DNA of 64,000 nucleotides, from contig BCIN01000010.1 of assembly GCA_039545335.1 (NCBI GenBank), positions 62,001 to 126,000 of the forward strand, written 5' to 3'. Position 1 is the stretch's first letter; each line of letters begins with the position of its first letter. Below are positions 13,290-24,083 of the stretch, in pieces. The notes beneath the pieces are model-generated. The model was given only the letters and a program-made list of their open reading frames with translations. It made no database searches and had not been told where the DNA came from. This stretch comes from Kondoa subrosea. Its lineage: Eukaryota. The position numbers and the translations under genes were made by a program.

Positions 13290-13447
13290 CATCGGTGAGG
13301 TCTTCATTGTTCATCGAATCAGTATTCTAAATATTGATGTAGCCGCTGGTTGAATTCGATATTATATTTTCGCCCCTTCTCGGTTTCAAATACCCTGTGC
13401 GTTGAATCATCGCGAACTTGCCCTCCAGATCGACGCAAAACCTAATC

Positions 13448-15085
13448 ATGCTATCATTGTGAGCTCTGAACACTGTTGAAATGACAGTCCATCTGACAAA
13501 TTGTTCTCAGACCAAATGAAAAGATTTTGGACGTGCTCGAGGAAGTAGCTGCATTGGCCCGTAGACGTGCTAATCTTGTGAATCTGGGTCGGACGTGCAG
13601 TGCGTACAATATATCTTTACCTGTTTGTGACCTTAAATCCTGACGTTAGTCGATCAGAACGCTTGCACTACCTGTCGAATCCGATCCTCTATCGCACTCT
13701 GGATGTAAAGGATCTCAATAATGCAAGCCTTCGACAGAATTTGAGCAAAGACGGTGCTAGACTAGCTTGTTTCGTAAGAAGCTTTGGATGGGACATCCGA
13801 TTTCGACCTGCTAGAAGATCAGTACTGGCTGCAAGTTTTATAAGTAAGGGAGGAAGGAAGGTTTATGGGCGACCGATGGACGAAGCGCTTCAAGCTCATG
13901 TCGAGCACAACGACATGATTATGGATACTTTAGCTCACTTCAGCAATCTTGGTACGAATTGTTCTGTACTGGCATACATACAGCTTATCGTTCTCTACAG
14001 CTCACTTACGCATTTACGTTGGTGAAACTCTGAGCAGATACGGTTTCACTGCAGAGGAAGAAATTCAACTGTGTCCCAACATAGGCAACAGATCACCTTT
14101 TCCGTGTATCAGTACTTTAACAAGTGCCAATCTCGAATTTGACGACGACCTCTACACGTATAATGGATTTCAGCAACTCGTGACTTGGCTCTTTTCGCTA
14201 CCCAAATTACAAATCCTAAATCTGTCGAGGACTCCAACCATCCTTTCCTGTCCTGTCACATCGAGTTGTCTTCAGAAGCTTTCCTACGAAACAATCTACG
14301 ATGGCGAGTTCATAAATGGACTCTATTCTGTCAACTCGCCTGCAGCGTGGGGACGTGTATTAGGTCCAGCTGATCTCCCGCGTCTTACCCATCTAGAATT
14401 GAATGGCAACTATCTCATGTCGAAACTTCTGGCTATCTTTCCATCAAGGCCTTTGCTTCACCTTCGACATCTGGAGATTAACGAGATCGAAGAACTTGGA
14501 GAGAGAAAAGATTGGCGCAAATTATTCGAAGCTATGCCAAATTGTCAAGAGCTGTGGATCCATATTTATCCCCGGCAACCTTCTACATATCAAGATTATC
14601 TCGACATCATCCTGCAGGAGCTAAATATGCCTCAATTACGCTACCTGAAGATCACTGCTGGCCGTACCCATACGTTTGATCCTCAACTACTACCGCTGTA
14701 TCTCAATCAACCCCGTTTTTCGGCTCTGCAAGGTATCAAGCTCTCTTTTGGTGCATCGGGCGATTTCGAAACGACACGCGCTCGATTGCTAGCCAAGTTT
14801 CCTGACGACAAGGTCTGGCTCCAAAGCAGAAAGGCTCAATCACCACCTTGGGCGGACGACACTCCATATGGCACATATGGAGGATGGCCAAAGTCAGCAG
14901 AAGAATGGATACTGCAATGGAATTGGCATGATCTAGTACCTCTGTTGGTCCGAGAATTGCGAGATATTCAATTCGCACGAAATGGCTTGCAAGTGAGAAT
15001 AGAGTTTCATAAGGTAGCGTATGGGCCAGTTGGAGAGCAAGTGTTGTGGCCCAGTTGTGAGAACGCAATTCCGGAACCAGCTTGA
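13448..15085 (+). CDS. F-box / RNI-like LRR protein (paralog A2)
   Basis: Spliced MLSL|PNEKILDVL...LVNLGRTC|KRLHYLSNPILYRTL. LRR-like LPKLQILNL, LPRLTHLEL, MPQLRYLKI. Shares PYGT..WxWxDL..GLxV with A1. Confidence 0.75.
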
Positions 15086-15382
15086 TCAGATTGATATCGG
15101 GTATGTCTCAAACAACATAGTCTACGCATTAGTATCTTTAGTGTATTTCCTGCCGTGTCCGTGCTTGCGCTCTTTCGCAGCCTGTCTTTCCTTCTGCCCT
15201 TCCCACATGTCTCTGAAATCTGCATCTGCAAATCACCGAGAACTACTGCGCGTCGATGTAAGACTCGCCTCGCTATGGCTTGGTATGCCTGCAGGCCCAG
15301 GTTTTCTCTCTGCAATCATTTGCTGGACGCTGCAGCGTTGAAACTTTCTCAAACGCTTTGATTTCATTGTGCAGCTTCGGAG

Positions 15383-16989
15383 ATGATTTTATTCCGAGCA
15401 GTAAGTCCAGGCAAGCATCCTCGCTCCTCGGAGATGCCTTCGGCTTATACTTTTCCGACCAGGAACCCTGTTGATAGTGATTTCGACAGTCCTGCTGGTT
15501 CTGGTCACCACAGTGAGTGCACGTTGTTTGATTGCCAATTTACTTTTTAATGCTAGCTTTCAGTCCACGCCTATTGTCAAAGGCATCTACTTTCTGTCTG
15601 CGACTTACTCTGGAAGCAAGAACAATGTTACGGTTGCTGGTCGTGTCACTCTAGGGACGCTAGGTTACTGCACCAATTCTGGATGCTCGCCTCTCACTTT
15701 GGGCTACGACTTGAGCTCAGACACTTTGCTTGCACTCCTGAACGAGTGAGTCCAGAGTAATCGTTCTTCCAAGTACTCCTTCTTACTGTTAAGTAGATTC
15801 GTGACTCTGCCCAAGTGAGCTTAAAGATTGCGCAGCACAAGGCTTTTGCTGACAACAGGTATTAGTGAATTGATAAGATGGTTGACGTGAGTGTCCGTTG
15901 TCCTTGCATTGTTCCAACGCGACTGAAAACTCAAATGTCTCAGCTACGTTCTTATCATCCATCCAATCACCGCTGGCTTCGGCGCAATCACTCTAGCTCT
16001 AGGGCTCATCGGGCACTGCCATACGACAGCTGGACTTCTACTTGCCTTGGTTTGGTTCTCTTCGCTTACTACAATACTCGCTTTCCTCGCTTTTGTCTTC
16101 GATATCGTTGTCTTCACCATTGTCAAGTCCAAGATCTCATCTATCGCCAATCAAATCGACGGTGTTCGAGTATCCACTGCAGCTAGTTATGGCATAGCAA
16201 TATGGCTTACCCTGGCAAGTTTCGTTGTTTTCTTCATTGCTACTTGTTGCTTCTGCTCTGGACGAAGACTGGTCAAGAGCAGACGTGTGAGAAGATCTCT
16301 TCCTGTCAAACCTTCTGTAGCACAGTGGTACGCTGCCCAAAATCGATTAGCTGCACAAGAAGCAGAAAATGCAAGAGAAGTTGAGCAAGTCGATAATGAA
16401 CAGAACACAACTATGGTTGAGATTGCACCAAGTGTAGTACAGGAGGAAGAACAGGATGCGTTCACAAGAGGAAGGATATTGAGTTCGTATCCTGCTGGCG
16501 AGCAGCTTCCAGCAAATACAGGTTTGGACCGAAGAGTTTCCAGCAGAAGTAATGCACCTCCAAGGCCGGTAACAAGCACGCTTGAGACGTTGCCTGTACG
16601 TTGCGAACAATTACTGTCATGTTGTAACTAAGTGTTGGTTTCCTTCATAGGAACAGCACGCAACAAATGATCAATACAGTCGGGCCATCCTTCCTATCAA
16701 CGAAGTCCAGAGTAACACTCAAGCTCCTCTGCGATATTCTGCTCCTCCTACAGTGCCCACTACACCTCGCATCCCAGTTCCAACAGCTTACCCGCTTCTT
16801 CACCAGCGATCTCAGAGCCATCAATACCCGACATATCAAAACCTCAACATGTCACGTCCACTTCCTGCTTCTTCCAACCCGAATTATCTTCTTTACCCTT
16901 CAATTCCAAATACCACTCGAGTGCAAAATCAAGATATGGGATATCAGCATAGACCAAGTCAACGGAGATCGGGCGGTGCGATAGTATAA
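15383..16989 (+). CDS. SUR7/PalI (Rim9-like) tetraspan membrane protein
   Basis: MILFRAVSP|GTLLIVISTVLLVLVTT|STPIVKGIYFL, LGTLGYC...C.PLTLGY, LIIHPITAG, SYGIAIWLTL, and a Pro-rich tail. First intron is GC-AG (15411-15462). Confidence 0.8.
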
Positions 16990-17306
16990 GGACAATGGAT
17001 AGGTAGTTTCGATCACGGACAAAACCAATGTAACAAAATAGTCAGCCATAGGGTCACAAATGCATGAGGGTGCAAGTGCTCATTCAAGCTGATTTATTGA
17101 AACATGCAAGAGCTCTTCACGAGCAATACGATCAGCAGCAAAACATATCCTCAGTCAGAAAGAGTTATAATATAATGAAAAGGAATCTTTGGTATGAATA
17201 TGGTTTCTTATATGATATGAATGGGATCTGCCTGAGCAGCGCTAAGTCAGTCTAGTCGATGTACGTGGAAGTAGTATGAAAGACTCACCCTGGCTTAGCT
17301 TGAATC

Positions 17307-18055
17307 TCACCTAGCAACAATGAACCGGCGCGCTTCCCTCCCAGTATCATGACCGTTCACACCCCAAGTGGCTTCATTATCTCGGCGTCCCTTGGATTTC
17401 TACAAGCATGAAGTCAGATTCGATTGCTTTGGTAGTCGAGCATAAGGGCAGAAAACATACAGGTTTACCTTCCTCAATACGTTTCTTCTCAAAGAAGTAG
17501 TACGCAGCAGCATAAGTTCCGTTCTCTTGACCTCCATTAGGTCCTTTTAGCTTCATCTATTCCATCTATGAGTATTGCAAGGTATTATATATGCACTCGA
17601 AAGACCTACGAAGCGACCGCAACTATTTGGATAGAATTAAGCAAAAAGAGGAAAACAGAGCACAATACTGACCTATTGCTGTTAATACCGCCGATATCAC
17701 GCAAGAAGTGAGTGACTTTATTGCCTGGTGCTTAGCGCATAAGTTTTGATTCTCCTTTGGATGTAGGAAGATATGCACCCTCAAGCAAGGTAAGCTCGAA
17801 TCTTTCGACGAATCTATGAACAGATGATTCAGGTCTGTTCTGCGCCAATGATGAAAGGCTTAAACCTACCATATTGCAATCATCGAAAATCGCGGCATCG
17901 GGATCAAACACCTCTTTGACTTTGCTAGTACGTGCTTTCTTAGCTGGGGCTTTGGTAGTCTTGACAGCTGAAGCGGAGGAAGAAGAGGAGGAAGCTTGGC
18001 TGCTGTTACTGGTAGGCGCGCCAAAGTGTAAGGTAAGGGTAGGTTGGGGTGTCAT
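17307..18055 (-). CDS. Conserved fungal hypothetical protein (IFDDC-IRRKIR...YAAAYYFFEKKR family)
   Basis: Spliced IFDDCNM|IRRKIRAYL..NKVTHFLRDIGGINSN..GRF..MKLKGPNGGQENGTYAAAYYFFEKKRIEEGKP|KSK. One splice junction is non-canonical (see findings). Confidence 0.65.
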
Positions 18056-18473
18056 AGTCTATCAGGCCGAGTCAGAATGCGGTAATAAAGACGACACGAG
18101 AGCTTACTTATGTGTCTGTTCTAAGTGGTCAGTATGGTTGTGCAGAAGAGAGTGCTTCGACCTTGTTGTTTTGTGAGTCGGCTTAGTCGGCTAATGACGC
18201 GTAGAAGGCATGCGAATACTTGATTCTGATGCAGAGCAAGCGCTGAATGTGTAAAGAAGGCTTATACACGCGTGAGAGATCAGAGAAAACGAGCAAGAAA
18301 AGATGCAAAGTCAAATTGTGCATTCGCCGGGAGCTCTACCTTATGAATCGGAGCAGATATGAGGACATTGTGAAGTGTTCAGGCAGCAGTGGAGTATAAG
18401 AGCCTCGCACAAGACAACACAGCTCAGAACTGCAGAAACAGCCGCTCTCTTGATTCAACAACGATTTTTTTGC

Positions 18474-20405
18474 ATGAAGGCTACATGTCGACGCTGTGTG
18501 CAATTGGCTAAGGCAGCAAGTCAAGTGGAGAAACGAAGCTATTGGTGGTCCACAACTCAAACAGCGACAGCGCAAGACGTCGTCGCTCCGATTGAACAGC
18601 ATGATTTAGTGATCGTGGGCGGAGGCATCGCTGGTCTGACTCTAGCATCTGCTCTAGGTGTGTGCAAGAGACTCTGAAACGTGCTATATCTGTGCTGATC
18701 CGTGTCAACCCAAGGCGCCAATCCTGCAATTTCGAAAGATCACAAAATTACTTTGCTGGAAGCAAGCAATCTGGATGATCACAGACACTGGAGACCTGAT
18801 CCTACAGTCTACTCGAATAGAGTTAGCTCAATTACAGCTCAATCGAAAGCTTTGCTAGAAGGTCAGCTTGCTTCAAATAAGCTCTATGCGAAGCTAATTC
18901 CTTCCTTCCAGATATTGGCGTATGGCAACATGTGAATCAAGATCGTGTCAGGGGTATAGAGGAGATGAGGGTTGGTTGAGCCGTTGACAAGTGTACAGAC
19001 TTCTGATATTTGGATGACAGATCTGGGATGGCCTTACGGGTGCTAGACTCGAGTTCAATATCAATGACATCCATCCTCGAGCAGCCGTAACATTAAATGA
19101 CGACCTTCTGGAAGAAGATGCTCTGCAGAAGATCGAAAGACCGGCAATGGCTTGGTTGACGGAGAATCTCAATCTTCAATCCGCCTTAATGAAGCATCTA
19201 GATAATCTTTCCGATAGAACAGAACTCATATCAAAAGCCAAAGTGGAGAAAATAGAAGCTGAAGCGATAGATCAAGGAGGTTGGCCGATAGTGACATTGA
19301 ACAACGGACGAAGATTGCGAGCAAGGTTGTTGATAGGCGCAGATGGCTTCAATTCCCCTGTCCGCAAGTATGCAAATATTGAATCTTTTGGTTGGCCTTA
19401 CGATACGCATGGTGTCGTTGCTACTTTGGATCTAGCGCCATCGTCACACAACTATACTGCTTTCCAACGCTTTCTACCAACAGGACCCATTGCTTTCTTA
19501 CCGGTACGTCATCTGCGATTCGTTTTGTCTATGCTATAGCTGATTCATGCGCGCAGCTTACTGACACGAAAGCATCTTTGGTCTGGTCTACTAAACCTGA
19601 AATTGCAAGCGCGATCAAGAGACTCGACCATACTGTCTTGACAGAGCTAGTCAACGCAGCTTTCCGTCTTCCTCGGCATTCGATGAACCTAATAGAAGGT
19701 CTCATGACATGTAAACCTGAAGCTTCTCAAGCTGAAATCCTCCAAGTCATTCGCTGGAGATCTTCTCCTGCTACTACGATCTCCTTACCTTCCGAAAATG
19801 GCTATGACATACCTCCACTAGTAAAAGGAATTCAACCTCGAAGCGTCGCTTCTTTCCCACTACGTTTCTCTCACGCAATGTCTTACATCGGTCAATCTCC
19901 GCCAGGTATCGAATTACCGAATCGTACTGTCCTTATTGGTGACGCGGCACATACTATGCACCCTTTAGCAGGTCAAGGTCTCAACACCGGTTTATCCGAC
20001 GTTCGATCTTTGAGGGATTCATTAGAAGTAGCAGCTAAAGAAGGAGCCGATTTAGGTCACTTGACTTCTTTAAGAGCTTACCCTAAAGAAAGATATTTCG
20101 AAAATCACAAAATGCTCAGCGCGACGGATAAGTTGCACAAATTGTTCGAAAGGCAAGAAAGTCCGATTGTTTGGTTGAGAAGTTCAGGAATGGAATTGAT
20201 TAATGAATGGACTGGGTTAAAGAATCTGTTCATGCGTCAAGCTGGAGCAAAAGAGGTTGGCAAAAGTGGACAATCACTCAGAGATCAATTATGGACTGGA
20301 GGATTATTGAGTGCTATGAAAGCAAGTACAACAGTAACGGAAGCGAGCAAGATGGCTGTTGGTCTAATTAAGAGCAAGATCACGGAGAGAAGAGTCAAGG
20401 AGTAA
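18474..20405 (+). CDS. COQ6: Ubiquinone biosynthesis monooxygenase Coq6
   Basis: DLVIVGGGIAGL, SNRVSSIT, LLIGADGFNSPVR, AFQRFLPTGPIAFLP, VASFPLR, LIGDAAHTMHPLAGQGLNTG; basic N-terminal presequence. Confidence 0.93.
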
Positions 20406-20512
20406 AGTCTCGCGGTAACAAAACAATGTATATATTAACCTCATATACGCCTGAACTACACCCACCACATATGACAAACACACAATACATATAATACCCT
20501 ATGAGACTCCAC

Positions 20513-22426
20513 TCAAAACACTTTGTGACCGCCTTCGAATTTCGATGATGGAGGCGAAGCGAATTGCGAAGGCGAAAGATCGTTCGTGGTTCCCCCAGGA
20601 GACATATCACCTCCAGGCGAAGTAGGAGATTGTCGATCAATGTGTTTGAAAGCTCTGGACTGGAAAGAGAAGTTGCCGAAAGTTGAAGGCATAGTTGAGT
20701 TGTCTGGGACGGCGAAAGGAGGAGAATCTTGAATTGGTGAAGCGCTTCGAACAGGTTTCTCCTTCAAGGCAACAGCAGAAGCACGACGGCGAATCGACCA
20801 ACCACTGAAAGCAGTAAGAGAAGGACTGGATTCAGCTACTTTGCGTTCTGGTGTATTGGCCAATGATTGTGCTCTGTTGTAAACTGCTGCTCTGGGAGGA
20901 GTGACTTCTTCTTTGGCTGGCGAAGGAGTAGCTGAGAATGCAGGTAGTCTCCACATGCTCGCTCTTCGAGCGGGTTGTGTTGGTTCTTCATACTCATCTG
21001 CGGTGTCATCAGTCGGCAGAGGAGGGAGTTTGAGCGCGGAAGATTGAGTTGGTGAGTCTTTAGGCAGAGCGATGTATTCCTTCAAGGCTGATAAACAAGT
21101 ATCGCTAGCGAGCTTCGCTTCCTGAGCTTCTGCCAGTTTGGCTTGAGCAGCAGCAAGTTGAGCTTTGAGAAGGAGAACTTCTCCATGTTCAACACCTTGC
21201 GAGGCGTGGATTTCGGGCATAGAACCTCGCCCGATAGGTCTTCCATTGAGCTTTGCGCCGTAGTCGACCGATGCGCGGAAACTCGATCGCATGCTGGAAC
21301 GAGCTGGATTGTAATCATTGCCCTCTTCGTCGATACTGACGACAGCCAAACTAGGTTTGCGAGAATGACGGCGAGCTTGTATAGAAGAAGGAGGAGGAGC
21401 TTCGAAGGGATCTTCGTTGGCATTATGCTTGTCTGCTGAATTGAGAAGCATTGTCTTGAGGCCAGTCCGACCTTCTTCGTCAACTGTAGTAGTGGAGCTG
21501 AGACGAGAACGTTGAGTAAGACCGATGACCGAAGCTCTTCTGTTGACTGGAGTGACGGGATCAACTGCGACACCTTCTAAACCCAAACCAACACTCGCTT
21601 CTGAACTTCGTCTAGTAGAATTGAAGTCGACAGTGTTACGTCTCATAGCATCTAGACCAAGAGCAGATCCAGCCAAGGAAGCGCGTCGAATGTCAGAGGC
21701 CAGCCTTTGGTTTTCGACAGCATTCGTAACCGAAACTCTTCGACCAAGGTTGACGCTGGCTCGACGAGAATCCGGACCGAAAGAGGGAGTGAAAGTCAAG
21801 GAGCTACGACGAGATTCGTTGCTTGATTTCTTGGCTGCTTCCTCTTGTAAACGCATAATGGCTCTTCGACTTTCCTCCATCTTTTGCCTTAAAGTTGCAA
21901 CTTTCTCAGCTTCTGCCAATTTTTCCGCTTCTGCTGCTTCCCTCTTTTTACGTTCCAATTCAACTTCATTTTCCAAACATCCAGCTTTATCCCTTAAAAT
22001 AGTCAATTCATCCGTAACGTCTGAAGTAGCTGCTTTGAGATTGGCATGCGAGCAACGTAATTCGCCTAATTGAGATAAGAGTTGATCTTGAACAGCAGCT
22101 TGAGCAGCTAATTGACTCTTGAACAGTTCGACTACTGCTTGCATAGCTGAATCCTTATCGAAAGCTAGAGCTGATAATCCAAGATTGAGAGTGCTGAGAG
22201 CATTGTTACTTGTAGCAGGAGGAGGTAGAGGTGTAATTGGTTTGAAAGGTAGAGAATCGGTTGAAGCGGAGGGATGTAGAACAGGAGAAGAAGGTTCGGA
22301 AAGGGATTTCTCTGTTGCTGGTGGTGAAGCTGGCATAGAACCGTTTTGACTTTGTACCAGAGCACGTAGTTTAGCGTTCTCTTCAGCCAGAGAGAGTAGT
22401 AGAGTGGGATCTTGGGTATTGATCAT
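20513..22426 (-). CDS. Intronless coiled-coil / disordered protein, unknown function
   Basis: Long uninterrupted ORF (about 637 aa from ATG 22426) with coiled-coil segments and Ser/Pro-rich linkers. Confidence 0.8.
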   Translation of the reverse strand: MINTQDPTLLLSLAEENAKLRALVQSQNGSMPASPPATEKSLSEPSSPVLHPSASTDSLPFKPITPLPPPATSNNALSTLNLGLSALAFDKDSAMQAVVELFKSQLAAQAAVQDQLLSQLGELRCSHANLKAATSDVTDELTILRDKAGCLENEVELERKKREAAEAEKLAEAEKVATLRQKMEESRRAIMRLQEEAAKKSSNESRRSSLTFTPSFGPDSRRASVNLGRRVSVTNAVENQRLASDIRRASLAGSALGLDAMRRNTVDFNSTRRSSEASVGLGLEGVAVDPVTPVNRRASVIGLTQRSRLSSTTTVDEEGRTGLKTMLLNSADKHNANEDPFEAPPPSSIQARRHSRKPSLAVVSIDEEGNDYNPARSSMRSSFRASVDYGAKLNGRPIGRGSMPEIHASQGVEHGEVLLLKAQLAAAQAKLAEAQEAKLASDTCLSALKEYIALPKDSPTQSSALKLPPLPTDDTADEYEEPTQPARRASMWRLPAFSATPSPAKEEVTPPRAAVYNRAQSLANTPERKVAESSPSLTAFSGWSIRRRASAVALKEKPVRSASPIQDSPPFAVPDNSTMPSTFGNFSFQSRAFKHIDRQSPTSPGGDMSPGGTTNDLSPSQFASPPSSKFEGGHKVF

Positions 22427-22972
22427 ATTCTGCGCAAAGTAGGTGAGCGAGAGTGCGGGGTAAGATTTACAGGCTGCGACGTACATGAATGGATGAATGT
22501 AGTGATTATTGAGAGCTATCAAAGCTTGTGGGTTTCTGTGGCACCAGAAAGGGAACAGCCGATCAGGAGACTGTGCCAATGTTGTTGGATCCGTCTAGGA
22601 TTTCGAATTGAACGACGGAATTTGTGATCAAGATAACGATGTGGTCGTTCTGTGGCACCTCAAGAGCCAGCTAGAGATGCGAGACAGATGAATGGAGGAG
22701 AGATAGAAAGGCTTGAAAAGGCAAAATGGCTTGAGTGAGGCTTGTCGGCGTATGGAATGGAGGAGTAAGAGAGAAAAGAGGGGGCTGACGAATCAAGATA
22801 ACAGCGGTGATCTCTAAGTTCCAGAAGCGCTGAAAGCATAATTGTCAATATTTCCATTTCCGTCGGTTTTTGGCAAAAGATGAACGAATTCATTATGACA
22901 TTATACTCGCTACAATGTTTCAGCCTCAAGCCGTACTAAGACTATATACACACGGTCACCAGAAGAATGCCC

Positions 22973-23789
22973 TTAGCCTGCTAGGACTACAGATCGATTG
23001 CGCAGATGTTGACGATTCGCGGAGGGGAATCGAGTGTGGGATGAAGACTTTGAATGCATGAGCCAAACGGGCGTCTTCTCTTGCGATTCTTCGCGCTTCT
23101 CTTCCTGCTTCCTCTCCTCGTGTTCTTCTACCAACAAATCCCTTGTACTTGCTGACCATCGTATTAGTCCATTGTCGTGCTTTAGCCAGACAATGTAGCC
23201 AGATAGAGATAGAGATGCGATGGGTGCAAAGGCAGAGAGCCAAGCAAAGGCTTGTTGAGCTGCTATAATCTGTATCATCCATCAGATCTCATAAGAAGAA
23301 GATTATCAGATGAACTCACTTGACAAAGACTGATTTCACGACAGCCCATCAATTCTGAGCCAGAGAAGTCCACCGAAAGAGAAATAGCGCTGCCAAAAGA
23401 GAAAGAGAATAGAAAGACTTGGGCGAAAGCTTCAACCAGGAAGAAATCGATAGGTTTACAGCTGATTCGTTCCAGCGATTGAGCGAGACTAAGGCTTGAT
23501 CAGCACGGCACGATGTATGTAAGAAGGTCTCACTAGTATGCACTGATGATGGCGCAGAAGATAGAAGAGCATAAAACAGCGATAACCTGGGTTCAGAATC
23601 AGTTTGTGTTTTCTCGATGATCGCGACTGGACTCACAGCTTCGACATATCCACCTGTATAGTAAGTGAATTTCTTGACCGCTTCATCGACCTGATGAGCG
23701 CAAGATATTGATATAGCCAAAAGCACAATCGAAAGAAGCAAAAGAATGGACCAGAATAAGGAACGTAGAGTTGAAAGATTGAAATACAT
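22973..23789 (-). CDS. Small multi-pass membrane protein (MARVEL-like)
   Basis: Hydrophobic N-terminal helix FWSILLLLSIVLLAISIS, further hydrophobic exons, AAQQAFAWLSAFA motif and charged C-tail; several GT-AG introns. Confidence 0.5.
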
Positions 23790-24083
23790 GCTGGGCCTGC
23801 AGTCGGATGTTTACATACAATGGTATACGAAGAAAAGGGGAGAGGGGCAACAGAACAAATCGAACAGGCATGAAACGCAGTACTTCTGTACAGAAGCGGT
23901 GCATGGCAACGAAATTGACGTATGAATCGGTGAAGAATAGAAACAGAGGGAGCAAAAGCAGCACCTTATTGACAGCATGTGCGAATATACAGAGTTGGCA
24001 GTTTCGGTCTGAGGCAGAAACGCAAAACCTCTCAAAAGTATTGTACAACATGTAACATTGCAAACTTGAAGCAAATACAGATT

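Noticed and set aside
21082..22349. Long alternative-frame and antisense ORFs over the coiled-coil gene (similar ones lie over STE20 and FZO1)
   Set aside because: Shadow ORFs of long exons with no independent protein features.
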